The notes under the pieces: generated by a model
Seen by the model: only the letters and a program-made list of their open reading frames with translations
The model's database searches: none
What the model was told of the DNA's origin: nothing
Shown here: in pieces, positions 9,206 through 21,351 of the stretch
Numbering within the stretch: the stretch's first letter is position 1
How the letters are laid out: the number at the start of each line of letters is the position of its first letter
Translations under genes and position numbers: made by a program
Assembly (NCBI GenBank): GCA_019704295.1
Contig: AP024596.1
Location: 2,087,178-2,151,177 of the forward strand
Direction: 5' to 3'
DNA length: 64,000 nucleotides
Source: Sulfolobales archaeon HS-7
GTDB taxonomy: Archaea; Thermoproteota; Thermoprotei_A; Sulfolobales; Sulfolobaceae

Positions 9206-9280
9206 GGACTCGTAGCTCAGCCAGGATAGAGCGCTGGCCTCCTAAGCCAGTGGTCGGGGGTTCAAATCCCCCCGAGTCCG
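9206..9280 (+). tRNA. tRNA-Arg(CCT)
   Basis: Cloverleaf, anticodon arm CTGGC-CTCCTAA-GCCAG; TTTATAAA upstream. Confidence 0.96.
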
Positions 9281-9529
9281 CTATAGTAAGTGGAACGGAG
9301 TTTGGTTAAATTCTCATTATATATATTGGGGCGACTAGGGAGCTCCTTAAAGTATTAAGTGTAAATTCACGTATAACGCTTGGCGTAAATCGGGTAACTA
9401 GATCGTTCCTTGTTTAAAAGTCCGTAAGGGATACTCCTTATAACTTAGTGATGAAACGCCCTTCTACACTTTTCAACATTACTAAACAATAACTAAATTA
9501 GTAGTTAAGACATAACTTCCTAACGAGCG

Positions 9530-9586
9530 ATTCAGTGCTGCATGGGCTCATCATCTTAAATCTAGCCGCCCATCGTTCATCATTTC
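9530..9586 (-). ncRNA. C/D box guide sRNA
   Basis: ATGATGA-ACGATGGGCGGC-TAGA-TTTAAG-ATGATGA-GCCCATGCAGCA-CTGA: C, D', C', D boxes with 12-nt guides. Confidence 0.85.
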
Positions 9587-10092
9587 TGCCTCAGGTTACA
9601 TAAAGTATCAGGAGTTTAAAACTCTATAATAATTTCTCAAATGAATTCAAAACATTAAGTTCATTCCATACTACCAGTGCGAGAAAAGTTAATACACGCT
9701 TTACCTATGATAAGATATAGTAAATATTTTGTCTGCAAGGAACCACATTAAGCTGTCTGGGTAAGTATATGACGGTGTGCTTTTTAATATCGAAAAGAAA
9801 GTCCCCTTCCGTCAGGGACGGTCTTTAGGATAATGTTTTCCATGCGTAAAGTAAGGCAATAATTAGAACCACCATGTAGTATCCTTGTGAGTTCTAATCT
9901 CTATGGAGAGTCTCAGTAACTTCTCTTTCATATGGAACATTGTAGGGTGTTTCGATTAGCCTCCGCAACTCGTTCACTTAGGAACGGGAAATCACGAAGT
10001 GGTATACCCATTAGAGGAAATGAAGTATCCACTAATACTAGAGGAATATTCTGTTCGCAGTAATGATGAAAATACATATGAGCGTGTTCTTG

Positions 10093-10293
10093 TTATATCG
10101 TGTTTATTTTATCTCTGACTTCAACTGGTAGATCTTCTAGTTTCATTACTGAGAAATTCCTTTTTATTCCTTTTATCCTTTTCAAAGGAATATACCTATT
10201 GGGATCTTTTTCATCCCTGGACTTAAATACCCTCAATTTAACATACGATTTTCCCATTTCTACGTAAACGTACTTTTTATGCTTTGTAGTCAT
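10093..10293 (-). CDS. Small conserved crenarchaeal protein (DUF5622-like)
   Basis: KHKKYVYVE...YVKLRVFKSR...LEDLPVEVR. Confidence 0.75.
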   Translation of the reverse strand: MTTKHKKYVYVEMGKSYVKLRVFKSRDEKDPNRYIPLKRIKGIKRNFSVMKLEDLPVEVRDKINTI

Positions 10294-10378
10294 GAGTGAG
10301 GATAGGAAGTTTAAATTATAAAAGTTTTGAGAATGCGATATTTGCTATCAGTGTTTAAGGTTCGACTTATTGATCAAT

Positions 10379-10633
10379 CTAGTTCCTAGGTCTTTTTATG
10401 AAACCTAGAATAAACGAGATGACATAAAGTGCTAAAATTATAGATGAGATTGCGACCAAGGCATAAACTATAATGTAATTACCTTTAGCTAGGTTTCCGA
10501 AGGCGTAAAAGAAAGGCCCTATTACTATGATCCCTCCACTGTTTGTCGTTGATGGCACCGTTAATATTGAACCAACTATTATCAGCGCAAGCGCAATGAA
10601 TATAATTATCATGCCTATGAGGATTAACCTCAT
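10379..10633 (-). CDS. DUF131/TIGR00304-like membrane protein
   Basis: Two TM helices around GGIIVIGPF motif. Confidence 0.8.
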   Translation of the reverse strand: MRLILIGMIIIFIALALIIVGSILTVPSTTNSGGIIVIGPFFYAFGNLAKGNYIIVYALVAISSIILALYVISFILGFIKRPRN

Positions 10634-10753
10634 ACAATTTATGTAGACTTGGTAGTTTTTAACTTTATCTTAACGTGGGGGACTAACGACTCTATCCATA
10701 GGCGTGATGTAGTTTGCTTTAAAAATTTCCCGCGCTGCCATGATTAAAGTGAG

Positions 10754-10828
10754 GGCCCAGACCGGGAATTGAACCCGGGATCACCCGGTCCACAGCCGGG
10801 CGCTCTACCGAGCTGAGCTACCTGGGCC
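10754..10828 (-). tRNA. tRNA-His(GTG), G-1 encoded
   Basis: Cloverleaf, CCCGG-CTGTGGA-CCGGG, C73 discriminator. Confidence 0.95.
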
Positions 10829-10965
10829 ACTTAGAGATATAACTTTCAATAATAGTAATAACGTTTATCCCTTTGGTATCGAACTCCATTATTCATAATA
10901 ATAACGCTGTGTTCTGAAATTCACGCGAACTATTCTTCTAAAAATTTCGGTTAGCTCCCTGACTT

Positions 10966-12198
10966 TCATGTCACTTTAGATAGTTCGTCTTTAACTATAT
11001 CGAGTATATTGAACGCAATAACGTTTTTCATTGACTTCTGTATACGGGTTACCTCTCCACCTTTTCTCACCGCTATAACCTCGTTATACTCAGACGCAAA
11101 GCCTATGTCTTTTCGCTTGACATTATTTGCAAATATTATATTAAAGTTATGAAGTTCTAATTTCTTTTTTGCCTTCTCTACTAATTCCTCATCGTTATCA
11201 ACTGTCTCAGCGGCAAATCCTACAATAAGTTTGCATTTTCCTTTGAGACCCTCCGATATTTTTCTAGTAACCTCTATGGAAATATTAGGTAAACTCGCCC
11301 TTGAGTCTAATTTAGTATCGTAAGAAACGTTGAATCTAAAGTCAGCTGGAGCCCCTGCCAGTATTGCCACATCAATTTTGTTATTCTCCACTATTTTGTT
11401 TACGGCGTTAAACATATCTTCGGTTGTAGTAACTTGAATTCTCTTCTCCCCGAAATACTTTACGTTACTTTCGACTGGTCCAGACACTAGGTATACGTTA
11501 GCCCCTCTGTAGTGGGCGTTATTCGCTATGGAAATTCCCATTCTCCCCGTACTAGAATTAGTCAGGAATCTCACAGGATCTAAATGTTCTCTTGTCGGAC
11601 CGGCAGTAACGAGAACGTTTATTCCCTTAAGATCCTCGCCTCGAATAGCCATAGATACTGTCTTTTCTATTATGAGTTGCTCTGGAGGAAAGTGCGCTAC
11701 ATCTCTAATTTTATTTGGAGGAATTATAGTTACGTTGTGTTCTTTAAGTCTCTCAATAGCTTCGCTTACCTGAAACGATTCGTACATGGCAAAGTGCATC
11801 GTTGGAACGATAATAACTGGTTTACCATATGCCAGAACAGTTAACGCTACTAAAGGGATCGTATCGTCTCCTATTCCATAGGCTAGTTTTGATAAACTGT
11901 TAGCAGTGATCGGGCTAATCAGCATAAGCGAGGATTCTTTAGCAAGTTGAATGTGTTCTAACTCTCCTGTGATCTCTACGACGGGATGATTACTGGTAGC
12001 CCATCTAAACATTTCAGGGGAGATTAGTTTCGTCGCTTTCTTTGACATGACTACTGTAACCTCTGCGCCATAACGCATTAAATTGCGTGCGAGATCTATC
12101 GATTTATAGAGGGAGACGCTAGAAGTAATTCCCAGTAATATTTTCTTACCGTCAAGTAAATCCGAGAACTCCCCCTTTATGTTCTTAGAAGGATGCAT
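10966..12198 (-). CDS. coaBC: Phosphopantothenoylcysteine decarboxylase/ligase
   Basis: ILLGITSSV, VLVTAGPTREHLDPVRFLTNSSTGRMG, VGFAAET. Confidence 0.95.
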   Translation of the reverse strand: MHPSKNIKGEFSDLLDGKKILLGITSSVSLYKSIDLARNLMRYGAEVTVVMSKKATKLISPEMFRWATSNHPVVEITGELEHIQLAKESSLMLISPITANSLSKLAYGIGDDTIPLVALTVLAYGKPVIIVPTMHFAMYESFQVSEAIERLKEHNVTIIPPNKIRDVAHFPPEQLIIEKTVSMAIRGEDLKGINVLVTAGPTREHLDPVRFLTNSSTGRMGISIANNAHYRGANVYLVSGPVESNVKYFGEKRIQVTTTEDMFNAVNKIVENNKIDVAILAGAPADFRFNVSYDTKLDSRASLPNISIEVTRKISEGLKGKCKLIVGFAAETVDNDEELVEKAKKKLELHNFNIIFANNVKRKDIGFASEYNEVIAVRKGGEVTRIQKSMKNVIAFNILDIVKDELSKVT

Positions 12199-12253
12199 TA
12201 TGCGACGGTATGGGAAATACCTTAAAAAACATTATATATATAAACTAGTATTA

Positions 12254-12556
12254 ATGGAACTCGTTCTCACAGATCCGGAGGAGATACAGAAAGTCGCAGA
12301 AGCGTTATCCTCAATCACTAGGGTAAATATTCTTACTTTGGTTAACGAGAAGCCTTTGGGCATAACCGAAATCAGCGAAACTGTTGCTATGACTAAGGGA
12401 AACATCAGTGCTCAAGTTGCGATGTTGGAGTCTGCTGGTCTTGTCGAAGTGATTTATTACAACGGAAAAAAGGGGATTAAGAAATTAGTAAGAACAAAAT
12501 ATAATAGGATTGTAATTGAATTAGGAAATAACAGCTCGCAAGAAATTAATGAATAA
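12254..12556 (+). CDS. ArsR-family regulator
   Basis: [11 protein letters not shown]...LESAGLVEV...GIKK; start set at MELVLTD. Confidence 0.85.
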   Translation: MELVLTDPEEIQKVAEALSSITRVNILTLVNEKPLGITEISETVAMTKGNISAQVAMLESAGLVEVIYYNGKKGIKKLVRTKYNRIVIELGNNSSQEINE

Positions 12557-14110
12557 TGGAGCCGGTTTCATAGGTCTGCTATTAAACTCTGGGTGGGGTT
12601 GTGTACCCACGAAAAATTTATGTCCCTTTAGTTCCATCATCTCTACTAATCCGTCTTCGCTAACTCCAGAGACGATAAAACCGTTTTTCTCCATTTCGTC
12701 AACAAAACGAGGGTTAACCTCATACCTATGTCTATGTCTTTCGTTTATTACTTTTCTTCCATACGCTTCCCAAACTTTTGTCCCTTCTCGTAGAATTATT
12801 TTCTGAGCTCCCAATCTCATCGTTCCTCCCAGTAGCGTAACTTTCTTCTGTTCGTCAAGCATACTTATCACGGGATAAGGGGTATTTTGATCTACCTCAG
12901 TAGTGTTCGCATTAGTATAGTTTAACACGTTCCTAGCGAACTCTACTACTGCAAGCTGAAGTCCAAAACATATTCCAAGGAACGGAATATTTTTAGTTCT
13001 TGCATATTTTATTGCGTTTATTTTACCCTCGACGCCCCTACTTCCGAATCCAGGCAAGACCACTATACCCATAGCGTCATTTAGTATAGAAAATTCCCCT
13101 TTTTCAAGTTCATTAGATTCTAACCATACCATGTCTAGTTTTACATTCAGATACGCAGCGGCGTGAAGCATAGCTTCTTTTATACTGATGTAACTATCTT
13201 TATGTTTGGTATATTTCCCTATAAGGAAAATTTTCGCGGTTTTCCCTGAGGGATTTCTTATTTTTTCGACGAAATTTATCCATTGTGTTATATCCGGCTT
13301 CCTTTCAGGTAACCCCATTAACTTTATTATTGTTTCAATTATATTCTGCTCGTTTAGAATCATAGGAACCTCATATGGAGTATCCACGTCGTAATTTGTG
13401 AATATCTTGTCCTTCCTAACATTTGTAAAAAGGGAAATTTTATCTCTGCTCTCCTCATCAATAGGAAAAGGTGAGCGCGTTATAATAATATCAGGTTGAA
13501 TTCCTATTCTCCTTAACTCTTGGACGCTGTGTTGAAGGGGTTTAGTTTTAAGCTCTCCAGTGACCTTCAGGTACTCTACTAGCGCCGTGTGAATAAATAA
13601 CACGTCAGATTCCTCGCTTTCTAGCTTCATTTGTCTAGTTGCCTCCAGGAAAGGGAGGCTTTCTATGTCTCCTACCGTCCCGCCTATTTCTACTATTGTT
13701 ATTTCTGCGTCAAATAGTTTGGTTACTTGCCTTATCATAGACTTTATTTCATCCGTAATATGTGGTATTATTTGTACTGTCTGACCAAGGAATTTTCCCT
13801 CCCTTTCCTTTCTTATCGTCTCAAAGTAAACCTTTCCCGTAGTTATGTTGTTAATTTTTGTCATTTCTATGTCTATGAAACGTTCGTAATGACCAAGGTC
13901 TAAATCTGTTTCAGCCCCGTCATTAGTTACAAACACCTCGCCGTGCATATATGGGTTCATCGTTCCTGCATCCACGTTAACGTACGGATCGATTTTTACG
14001 GCAGTTACCTTAAATCCTGCAGACTTTAGAAGAAAACCTAGTGAAGAAGTTATTGTTCCCTTTCCTATGCTCGATAGAACTCCTCCAGTTATAAAGATGT
14101 ATTTACCCAA
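12521..14110 (-). CDS. pyrG: CTP synthase
   Basis: [31 protein letters not shown]. Confidence 0.98.
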   Translation of the reverse strand: MGKYIFITGGVLSSIGKGTITSSLGFLLKSAGFKVTAVKIDPYVNVDAGTMNPYMHGEVFVTNDGAETDLDLGHYERFIDIEMTKINNITTGKVYFETIRKEREGKFLGQTVQIIPHITDEIKSMIRQVTKLFDAEITIVEIGGTVGDIESLPFLEATRQMKLESEESDVLFIHTALVEYLKVTGELKTKPLQHSVQELRRIGIQPDIIITRSPFPIDEESRDKISLFTNVRKDKIFTNYDVDTPYEVPMILNEQNIIETIIKLMGLPERKPDITQWINFVEKIRNPSGKTAKIFLIGKYTKHKDSYISIKEAMLHAAAYLNVKLDMVWLESNELEKGEFSILNDAMGIVVLPGFGSRGVEGKINAIKYARTKNIPFLGICFGLQLAVVEFARNVLNYTNANTTEVDQNTPYPVISMLDEQKKVTLLGGTMRLGAQKIILREGTKVWEAYGRKVINERHRHRYEVNPRFVDEMEKNGFIVSGVSEDGLVEMMELKGHKFFVGTQPHPEFNSRPMKPAPLFINFLRAVIS

Positions 14111-14288
14111 AGTATCGTATCACAGTGAGGAATTCTCGAATTATTGGTTTATAAAGCTTACACTTTTATCCTTCTTCGGCGGACATACCTACAAGGGCAA
14201 GCTTTTTTCGTTAGTCGCGGGTTCGTGGTCATCGTCTTGCATTATTGATGAGATTATTCAACCTGACCACATTTAATTTCAATGAACT

Positions 14289-14378
<90 letters not shown>

Positions 14379-14980
14379 ATCTAAAAGCAAATATAATGCC
14401 TTAGGTAAAAAAACTAATGTAACGGTATGCCTTAAAATCCACACGCAGGTGATCTTTACTTCGTTTTAGTTCTTATCATTTTTATAAAAAATAAATATAT
14501 TATTTAGTTTTTTTTATTAATTAAATTACTTATTAAGAGAAACTATATAACTATTGATCGTTTAACTGTAGAAAGATACTTAAGACGTTTGCGTAAAGCA
14601 TTCATTAATTCCAAGAAATTCTGCAGTATCATAGTATAAACCAATTGACGACTTTCAATTCTTGAGAGATTATAATAATATCTGAAGCAAGATTCGTAAA
14701 ATTCATGAAAGTATAGTTTGCCGTTAGTTACAGCAGTCTGAGAAGCCATTAGGTACATTTAATATAATATATATAAAAAAATATTAATACTATAATAATA
14801 AACTTTTATTTTATACTTTCAAAATTGCTGCGTGAAAAACTATCTTCACTCAAAATAAACATCAAAAAGTAAGAATAACGCAGAATATTCGATTAGATTT
14901 TTTGAGTAAGACGTGCATAACAGCTATATTAATTATTTAAATATTGAATGAAGCTTCTTTATCTTAAATGGGTATTTTAC

Positions 14981-15275
14981 ATAGGTTCAAAGCGGGGAGA
15001 CCTGCAGGGGATTGATACACCCTTTGTATAAGTTTAAATATCAATTCGCAGTCAATACTCTAATGGTACACACTGACGAAGTAAGGACGTTGGCAATGGC
15101 TAAACAAGGGAGTCCTTCTGTTGCTAACAGAAGTCTTCACGACATTATTATATTCACTTCCAGGTCAATGGGTTCTTCAGGACTTGTAGAGCCACTCAAT
15201 TGGCATTCGGGAGCTGAAAGGCAGGAAATTCGTGCTATAAGGTGTGAAGTCCCATTACGCCGGGGGTGAGCCTAC
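14981..15275 (+). ncRNA. Unassigned ~295-nt structured RNA or 5' leader
   Basis: Closing stem 14982-14989/15267-15274 and three stem-rich arms found by eye; G-U pairs and a GAAA tetraloop favour + strand. Confidence 0.55.
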
Positions 15276-15701
15276 ATGGATATAAATATAGACGATCTGA
15301 AAAAGTTTTTGGAAAATAAGGTAAATGAATTAAGGAAGGAAACTGAGTACTACGAGTATTTACTAAGTCTAGTAGAGAGCGGAGAACTAAGTAGAGTTAG
15401 AAGTAATAGAGCTTCTATCGACTCAATAAAATCAGTAACCAATGAGGTGATTGCAGAAGTGTATTTTTCTCCCCCCACCTTAAGAATCGTGGCAAAACGT
15501 CCAATCCACGTAACTCAAGCCCAGTTAGGTGTAATAAACAGGATATTACAGGAAGAAAAAAATCAAAGTGGTATAGAGTACGAGGTTTCCTCGGATAGGG
15601 AATACATCAAGGAGATCTTAATAAATAACATTAATGAGCAAATAGTATATACTAAGATTAAAGCAGAAATGCAAACGTTATTAGAGCGAATTTACAGTTA
15701 A
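15276..15701 (+). CDS. Conserved hypothetical protein (N-terminal coiled coil)
   Basis: 141-aa ORF with SD GGGGGTGA; resembles an uncharacterised TACK family from memory. Confidence 0.8.
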   Translation: MDINIDDLKKFLENKVNELRKETEYYEYLLSLVESGELSRVRSNRASIDSIKSVTNEVIAEVYFSPPTLRIVAKRPIHVTQAQLGVINRILQEEKNQSGIEYEVSSDREYIKEILINNINEQIVYTKIKAEMQTLLERIYS

Positions 15702-15708
15702 GGACACT

Positions 15709-17472
15709 TTATCTTTTCATGACATCTAACTTAACCCTAACCGGTCTAGGATCTCCTAAAAATCTTATGAGAGCCTCTCCCCTGTTCAGGAAAACCAGAC
15801 TATCCTTAATGTCTTCCTCATTAATTGTAACATACCTGTTCATTCCTTTCCAAAGTTCCTTGTCCCCATTGTTCATAATAATGGTTAGCCCCATATTATT
15901 TAAGTACACGTCTGATGATAAACCTAAATCGCTGACGTTCTGAGTAGCTACCATGATTGAAATACCATAACCCCGCCCCTTTTTTACGTATTCTGCTATA
16001 ATCGAGAAATCCCCCTCATATCTTAAAAGCGTCCATGCCTCGTCTATTATCACGCCCACTTTTATTTCATCCGGAGTATTCATAGAAAAAATATTCATTA
16101 AATTAGTTAGTATCGAGTATATGTAAAGTCGAATTATGTCATCGTTCCTAATCAGACTAAGATCTACGACGTTAATACCGTTTTTGATTTTAAAATCACT
16201 CTTACCAATATCATACATTAACACCGTGTTTATTACCTTGTTTAAGATTAACCTATCTCTATTCTCAATCTCAAGCCTGTTTAAAGAGTCAAGAACATCG
16301 TTCCATGAGAGCTTATTGAAAAGTAAACTTTCTCCTTTAAGTTCTACTGACATTTTAAGGGCAGCATTAAGTTCAGCACTTATCTCCTTAGATAATCCAA
16401 ACGATAGAGACAAAATTCGTTCTATTTGCGATATTCTATCACTTATGGTACAGTAATATGGTTCAATTAGGTTAAAATTTGTATATAATGGATTGATGAT
16501 GTAAAACGGAATACCATAATTCCTCAGTCTTTTCTTAAAATCCCCCTTGATATCGAAGATAACTGTGGGAACACTATCAATAATGGAAAGCTTAACCGCA
16601 ATTGAGAGCAGAGTTTCTGTTTTTCCGGTTCCGCTCGGACCTAAAATCAACACGTGTGGGTTTAATGAACTTTCAATGTTCCAAAAAACGGGGGTTTCAA
16701 GTTCAAGATCTCTTCCGAGATACAATCCTTTCTCAATAAGACCTTTAGACGGATACCTAGGTATAGTAAGGGCCGTGGCCCAAGGAATTGCGGTCGATAT
16801 TCCGTTTATACGGGGTAATTTTGCCTGAAAGAAGTCTGATATGTCTTTCTCCTCCGCAGGCCTAGCCCTTATTCCCAAAGATTCCAGACCCTTTTGAATA
16901 ACCCTTAGTTGGGCCTTGACTTCGTCAACCGAACTTCCTTGTGTCATTATTAATACACCATACCTAAATGGCGGATCTCCACTATTTACTCTCTTTACTA
17001 TATCTTCTAGTATCCTGATTTCATTTTGGACTCTCTGGTTTGAAGGATCTGCTTCTAATTCTATGCGTAGATTCTGAATTTTCTGAAATACTTTACTTAG
17101 GAACTGTTCTCTATCCAAACTAATTTTCTGAATAATAATATTAATAGTACTATTAATATTTAGTATTTTATAAAAATTAATTATTTTAGTTTTTAAAACT
17201 TCTCCATCGAAGTCCCTAAAGTCGTATTCCACGTCATCTACAGCAAGGGAACCTACGAACCCTACAGAACTCTTAAACACACCTTTTTCTACAAACTGAT
17301 AGAAATTATCTGTCTTTATTATCATCTTTTTAATCTTGTTATTAAAAAGATATATTACTATAATTAAATATAAAAGAAGGAAGTAAAGATTTCTTGTTAC
17401 GATGGAAAGTGTTGATATAAATAATAGTAGAAGAATTAACTCCTTGTTTATTTTAATTCGTCCCTTATTCAC
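15709..17472 (-). CDS. Membrane-anchored VirB4/HerA-family ATPase (CedB-like)
   Basis: Two N-terminal TM helices, PHVLILGPSGTGKT, IIDEAW, GRGYG, ATQ. Confidence 0.85.
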   Translation of the reverse strand: MNKGRIKINKELILLLLFISTLSIVTRNLYFLLLYLIIVIYLFNNKIKKMIIKTDNFYQFVEKGVFKSSVGFVGSLAVDDVEYDFRDFDGEVLKTKIINFYKILNINSTINIIIQKISLDREQFLSKVFQKIQNLRIELEADPSNQRVQNEIRILEDIVKRVNSGDPPFRYGVLIMTQGSSVDEVKAQLRVIQKGLESLGIRARPAEEKDISDFFQAKLPRINGISTAIPWATALTIPRYPSKGLIEKGLYLGRDLELETPVFWNIESSLNPHVLILGPSGTGKTETLLSIAVKLSIIDSVPTVIFDIKGDFKKRLRNYGIPFYIINPLYTNFNLIEPYYCTISDRISQIERILSLSFGLSKEISAELNAALKMSVELKGESLLFNKLSWNDVLDSLNRLEIENRDRLILNKVINTVLMYDIGKSDFKIKNGINVVDLSLIRNDDIIRLYIYSILTNLMNIFSMNTPDEIKVGVIIDEAWTLLRYEGDFSIIAEYVKKGRGYGISIMVATQNVSDLGLSSDVYLNNMGLTIIMNNGDKELWKGMNRYVTINEEDIKDSLVFLNRGEALIRFLGDPRPVRVKLDVMKR

Positions 17473-17702
17473 ACATTAGCTTAACACCAAAAACCTACAC
17501 GGAGTAAGTCGTTACTAAAATACGTTCTCTTATGTTTTAGCTAAATATTCCTACAACGGAAAGGTGTCCTAAACGCGAAAATTACGATAATTTAGTAAAG
17601 TGTTAGAAACCCATAGTATACGTAATCTGCGAATAACCGGTGTAATGAAATATGAAAAACCAGGAAAGATTTTATAAAGCTAATTCATAGTTCAAATATC
17701 TC

Positions 17703-17918
17703 ATGGAGTACAGCAAAGTTAAGATAGGCGATAAAGAAATAGAGCTAAACGAGGAGGTGATATCGACGCTTAACGAGTATGTAAGGACTCAAATGACGCT
17801 AGACGAGTTAGCTAAGAAGTTAAATCTCGCTGGGTGGGAGGAAGCTTATCAGTTAATAGTTAATACAGAGAGCTGGCTATTTTGGACTCCTCTCTCACTT
17901 CAGAGAAAGACCAAATAG
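17703..17918 (+). CDS. Small conserved HTH-like protein
   Basis: MTLDELAKKLNLAGWEEAY; TTTTATAA upstream, T-tract downstream. Confidence 0.8.
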   Translation: MEYSKVKIGDKEIELNEEVISTLNEYVRTQMTLDELAKKLNLAGWEEAYQLIVNTESWLFWTPLSLQRKTK

Positions 17919-17948
17919 TTTTTTAGCACATTAAATGCATGAATTTAT

Positions 17949-18615
<667 letters not shown>

Positions 18616-19104
18616 ATAAGGTACAGTGAGAAAGAAAAATTAAAAATTACGTTTATCAATACAAAGCGATTAGGACGTGTTTTTCTGATTCATGGTCTTA
18701 TCAGGAGTACGGAATTCTACAAATACTTAAGGGAAGTTCCCACATGATCATTTTAGAATGTTGAGGGATGCGTTATAGTTCCTATCTATATCCCCCTAAT
18801 TGATGTCTGTAATACATGTTATTTCTATAAAAATTCTGGTTTATAAACTAACTAGAGTCTGTCATACATTAGAAACTGTTAAAGATCCTCCACCTCCTTA
18901 ACCTCTTCAAAATTAATTTTTTCTCAACTAGTTAACTCTTAACACCTTCTCCTACCGTGACATAAAACCACAAATCCTGACCAGAGGCGAAGAAGTTGAA
19001 TCTCTCACAATAATGTTTAACGTTAATTTTACCATAGGGGACTATTCTCGGGTAGGTTAGAGAACTCAATAACATTTTTACTTTACTCGGAAAGTGACTA
19101 TTAA

Positions 19105-20256
19105 ATGAGATTATACGTGTTCAATGAAAAAGACATAGTTGAGGGCAGGGCAACTGATGTATATTTCAGAAGAACCTTAGATACATTAAATCACCTTAAT
19201 ATGAGAGACGTTAAGGTAAGAATAGAAGTGCATTCATATGGAATGCCAGAAGGGTATGAATGGGCCGTTCTAGCTGGGATCGAAGAAGTTCTATACGTTC
19301 TTAAGGATAAGCCATTTACGATTTACTCAATGCCTGAGGGAACTCTATTCAAAAGGGTCGAACCTGTTATGGTTATAGAGGGCAATTACGCAGATTTCGC
19401 AGTATACGAAACAGTAGTATTGGGTATTCTAAGGCATAGTACGAGCATTGCAACCAAAGCTGCTAGAATAAAAAGGAGGGCCATGAACAAGACAGTTTTA
19501 TTTTTCGGTCTTAGAGCTCTTCATCCCTCGATAATGCCGATGGCGGACAGATCAGCGTATATTGGAGGTGCTGACGGCGTATCTGGAGAATTCTCAAAAG
19601 ATTTCATAGGTATCACACCCTCTGGAACTATGCCACATGCATTAATGTTAGCCGTAGGGGATAACGAAAAAGCATGGAAAGGTTTTGACGAAGCGGTTTC
19701 GGAAGACGTACCCAGAATAGTACTTGTTGACACCTTTGATGATGAGAGAAATGAAGTACTGAAGGCAATCCAAATCCTAGGGAAGAAACTTTACGGCGTC
19801 AGATTAGATACTCCCTCTAGTAGAAGGGGTAACATGAAAGCTATTATCGAGGAAATTAAATGGAACCTACATGTGTTGGGATACGATAATATAAAATTCG
19901 TAGTAAGTGGAGGATTAGATGAAAACGACATTGAACAATTAAAGGACGTAGTCGATATATTTGGAGTCGGAACTAGCATAGCATTTCCACCTAGCGTAGA
20001 TTTAAGTATGGATATTATAGAGAAAGAAATTAACGGGAGGTGGGTTCCAATAACTAAGAGGGGGAAATGGCCCGGAATGAAACAGGTATTCAGAAGAGAA
20101 CCTCTTGATGATGAAATAAAGTTATGGAATGAAAAAGGCGAAGGAAAACCCCTCCTTCAAAAGGTAATGGATAATGGGAGGATAATTACTGAAATTCCAT
20201 CAGTAAATAAGATACGGGAATACGTATTAGGACAGCTTGACAGACTTATTCAATGA
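19105..20256 (+). CDS. pncB: Nicotinate phosphoribosyltransferase
   Basis: TDVYF, FGLR, GTMPHA, LVDTF, GVRLD, SGGLD, FGVGT. Confidence 0.93.
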   Translation: MRLYVFNEKDIVEGRATDVYFRRTLDTLNHLNMRDVKVRIEVHSYGMPEGYEWAVLAGIEEVLYVLKDKPFTIYSMPEGTLFKRVEPVMVIEGNYADFAVYETVVLGILRHSTSIATKAARIKRRAMNKTVLFFGLRALHPSIMPMADRSAYIGGADGVSGEFSKDFIGITPSGTMPHALMLAVGDNEKAWKGFDEAVSEDVPRIVLVDTFDDERNEVLKAIQILGKKLYGVRLDTPSSRRGNMKAIIEEIKWNLHVLGYDNIKFVVSGGLDENDIEQLKDVVDIFGVGTSIAFPPSVDLSMDIIEKEINGRWVPITKRGKWPGMKQVFRREPLDDEIKLWNEKGEGKPLLQKVMDNGRIITEIPSVNKIREYVLGQLDRLIQ

Positions 20257-21304
20257 TTATTTCTTTCATGTTCTCTATAGCCCTGTTAAAAGATATTTCT
20301 ACTATGGGCTCCATTCTCCTTATACTATTGTAGAGTCTCAAGGTAATTACCCTTAATGTCATAGATACTGCAGGGTTATTCAAGTTATTTACTTCTTTCT
20401 CGAGATCTTCTAACTCCGTTATTAGAACTCTCCTTATCGTCCGTAATTCCTCCGATACATCATTACACATTTTCATGTCTTCTTTAGATAAAACCTTAAT
20501 AGCGTGGTCTATTACGACCATGGTCTGTTCTATTATTGTATTTAGTTTTGGCCAAAAATTCTTAAGCGATTGAATATCTGTTGGAGACAAAAGGAGTATA
20601 TCTGTAGCTGCTTCACTTATTTCGTCAGCAGCTTCTTCCAACGATTTTACAAGTATCCTGTTTCCCACAATTTGTATTCTCTTCACGCCTATTACCGTGC
20701 TTAACGTTCTATTTGACTGTGCCATTATTAGCTGTCTCAGGCTTAAGAAGTAGAGTCTGTCGATTTCCTTCTCTATTTCTAAGACTTCTTGAAGGAAAGC
20801 TCTGCTGGATTCCTTTATACCTAGGTTAAGGTAATGAAGCATTTGTTTTAGAGAGTTACTCATCCTAGTAATTAACCCAGACATGGTGTATTTAGACGGA
20901 TCTAGGAAAGATTGTATCGTTATAGAATCTGGCAACTGAGATACTATTTCTAAACCAATTAACCCTCTAGCAGTTTCCTTAATTTTCTTTATGGTATCGT
21001 CATCAAGGAATCCTTTACCCATTTCTACAGTTATCTTATCATAGCCCAGTATGTAGGAGGAGTAAATTATTTTACTAATGAGTTCGGGTGAGGGTTGTGA
21101 CGAAATTCTTACTGTTAGCTCCTTACTTGAAGATTCCACTTTCATAGTAGGAGGGAGTATTTTAATAGAACCGTCCTCATCGGGTTCTATATAGACGCTG
21201 TCTCCTGGTGATAACGAAGTCTCCTTTACCCAATCCGCGGGAAGCGATACCATAAGCGTTGACTTTCCGAATCGCTGTACTTTTCTTATCTCCATAAACA
21301 CCAC
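20246..21304 (-). CDS. PhoU-family phosphate regulator with N-terminal AbrB domain
   Basis: [17 protein letters not shown]; [10 protein letters not shown]. Confidence 0.9.
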   Translation of the reverse strand: MVFMEIRKVQRFGKSTLMVSLPADWVKETSLSPGDSVYIEPDEDGSIKILPPTMKVESSSKELTVRISSQPSPELISKIIYSSYILGYDKITVEMGKGFLDDDTIKKIKETARGLIGLEIVSQLPDSITIQSFLDPSKYTMSGLITRMSNSLKQMLHYLNLGIKESSRAFLQEVLEIEKEIDRLYFLSLRQLIMAQSNRTLSTVIGVKRIQIVGNRILVKSLEEAADEISEAATDILLLSPTDIQSLKNFWPKLNTIIEQTMVVIDHAIKVLSKEDMKMCNDVSEELRTIRRVLITELEDLEKEVNNLNNPAVSMTLRVITLRLYNSIRRMEPIVEISFNRAIENMKEIIIE

Positions 21305-21351
21305 TATGAAATGTATAAATCGGTTAAAGTTTATAAAAGTAATCTTTACAG

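Noticed and set aside
10060-10120. C/D box sRNA (ATGATGA...CTGA)
   Set aside because: No convincing C' box; AT-rich guides; overlaps a CDS end
14380-14980. Chromosomal replication origin and 71-aa ORF 14543-14758
   Set aside because: AT-rich but no ORB boxes and no cdc6/whiP nearby; ORF unsupported
15012-15269. 85-aa ORF
   Set aside because: No recognisable motif, atypical composition; the RNA stems explain the region better, though a leaderless ORF from 15063 is not excluded
14981-15275. RNase P RNA or hammerhead ribozyme
   Set aside because: AGGAAAUUC and AACAGAAG occur in reverse order and wrong spacing for RNase P CR-I/CR-V; CUGACGA and GAAA are not flanked by adjacent hammerhead stems
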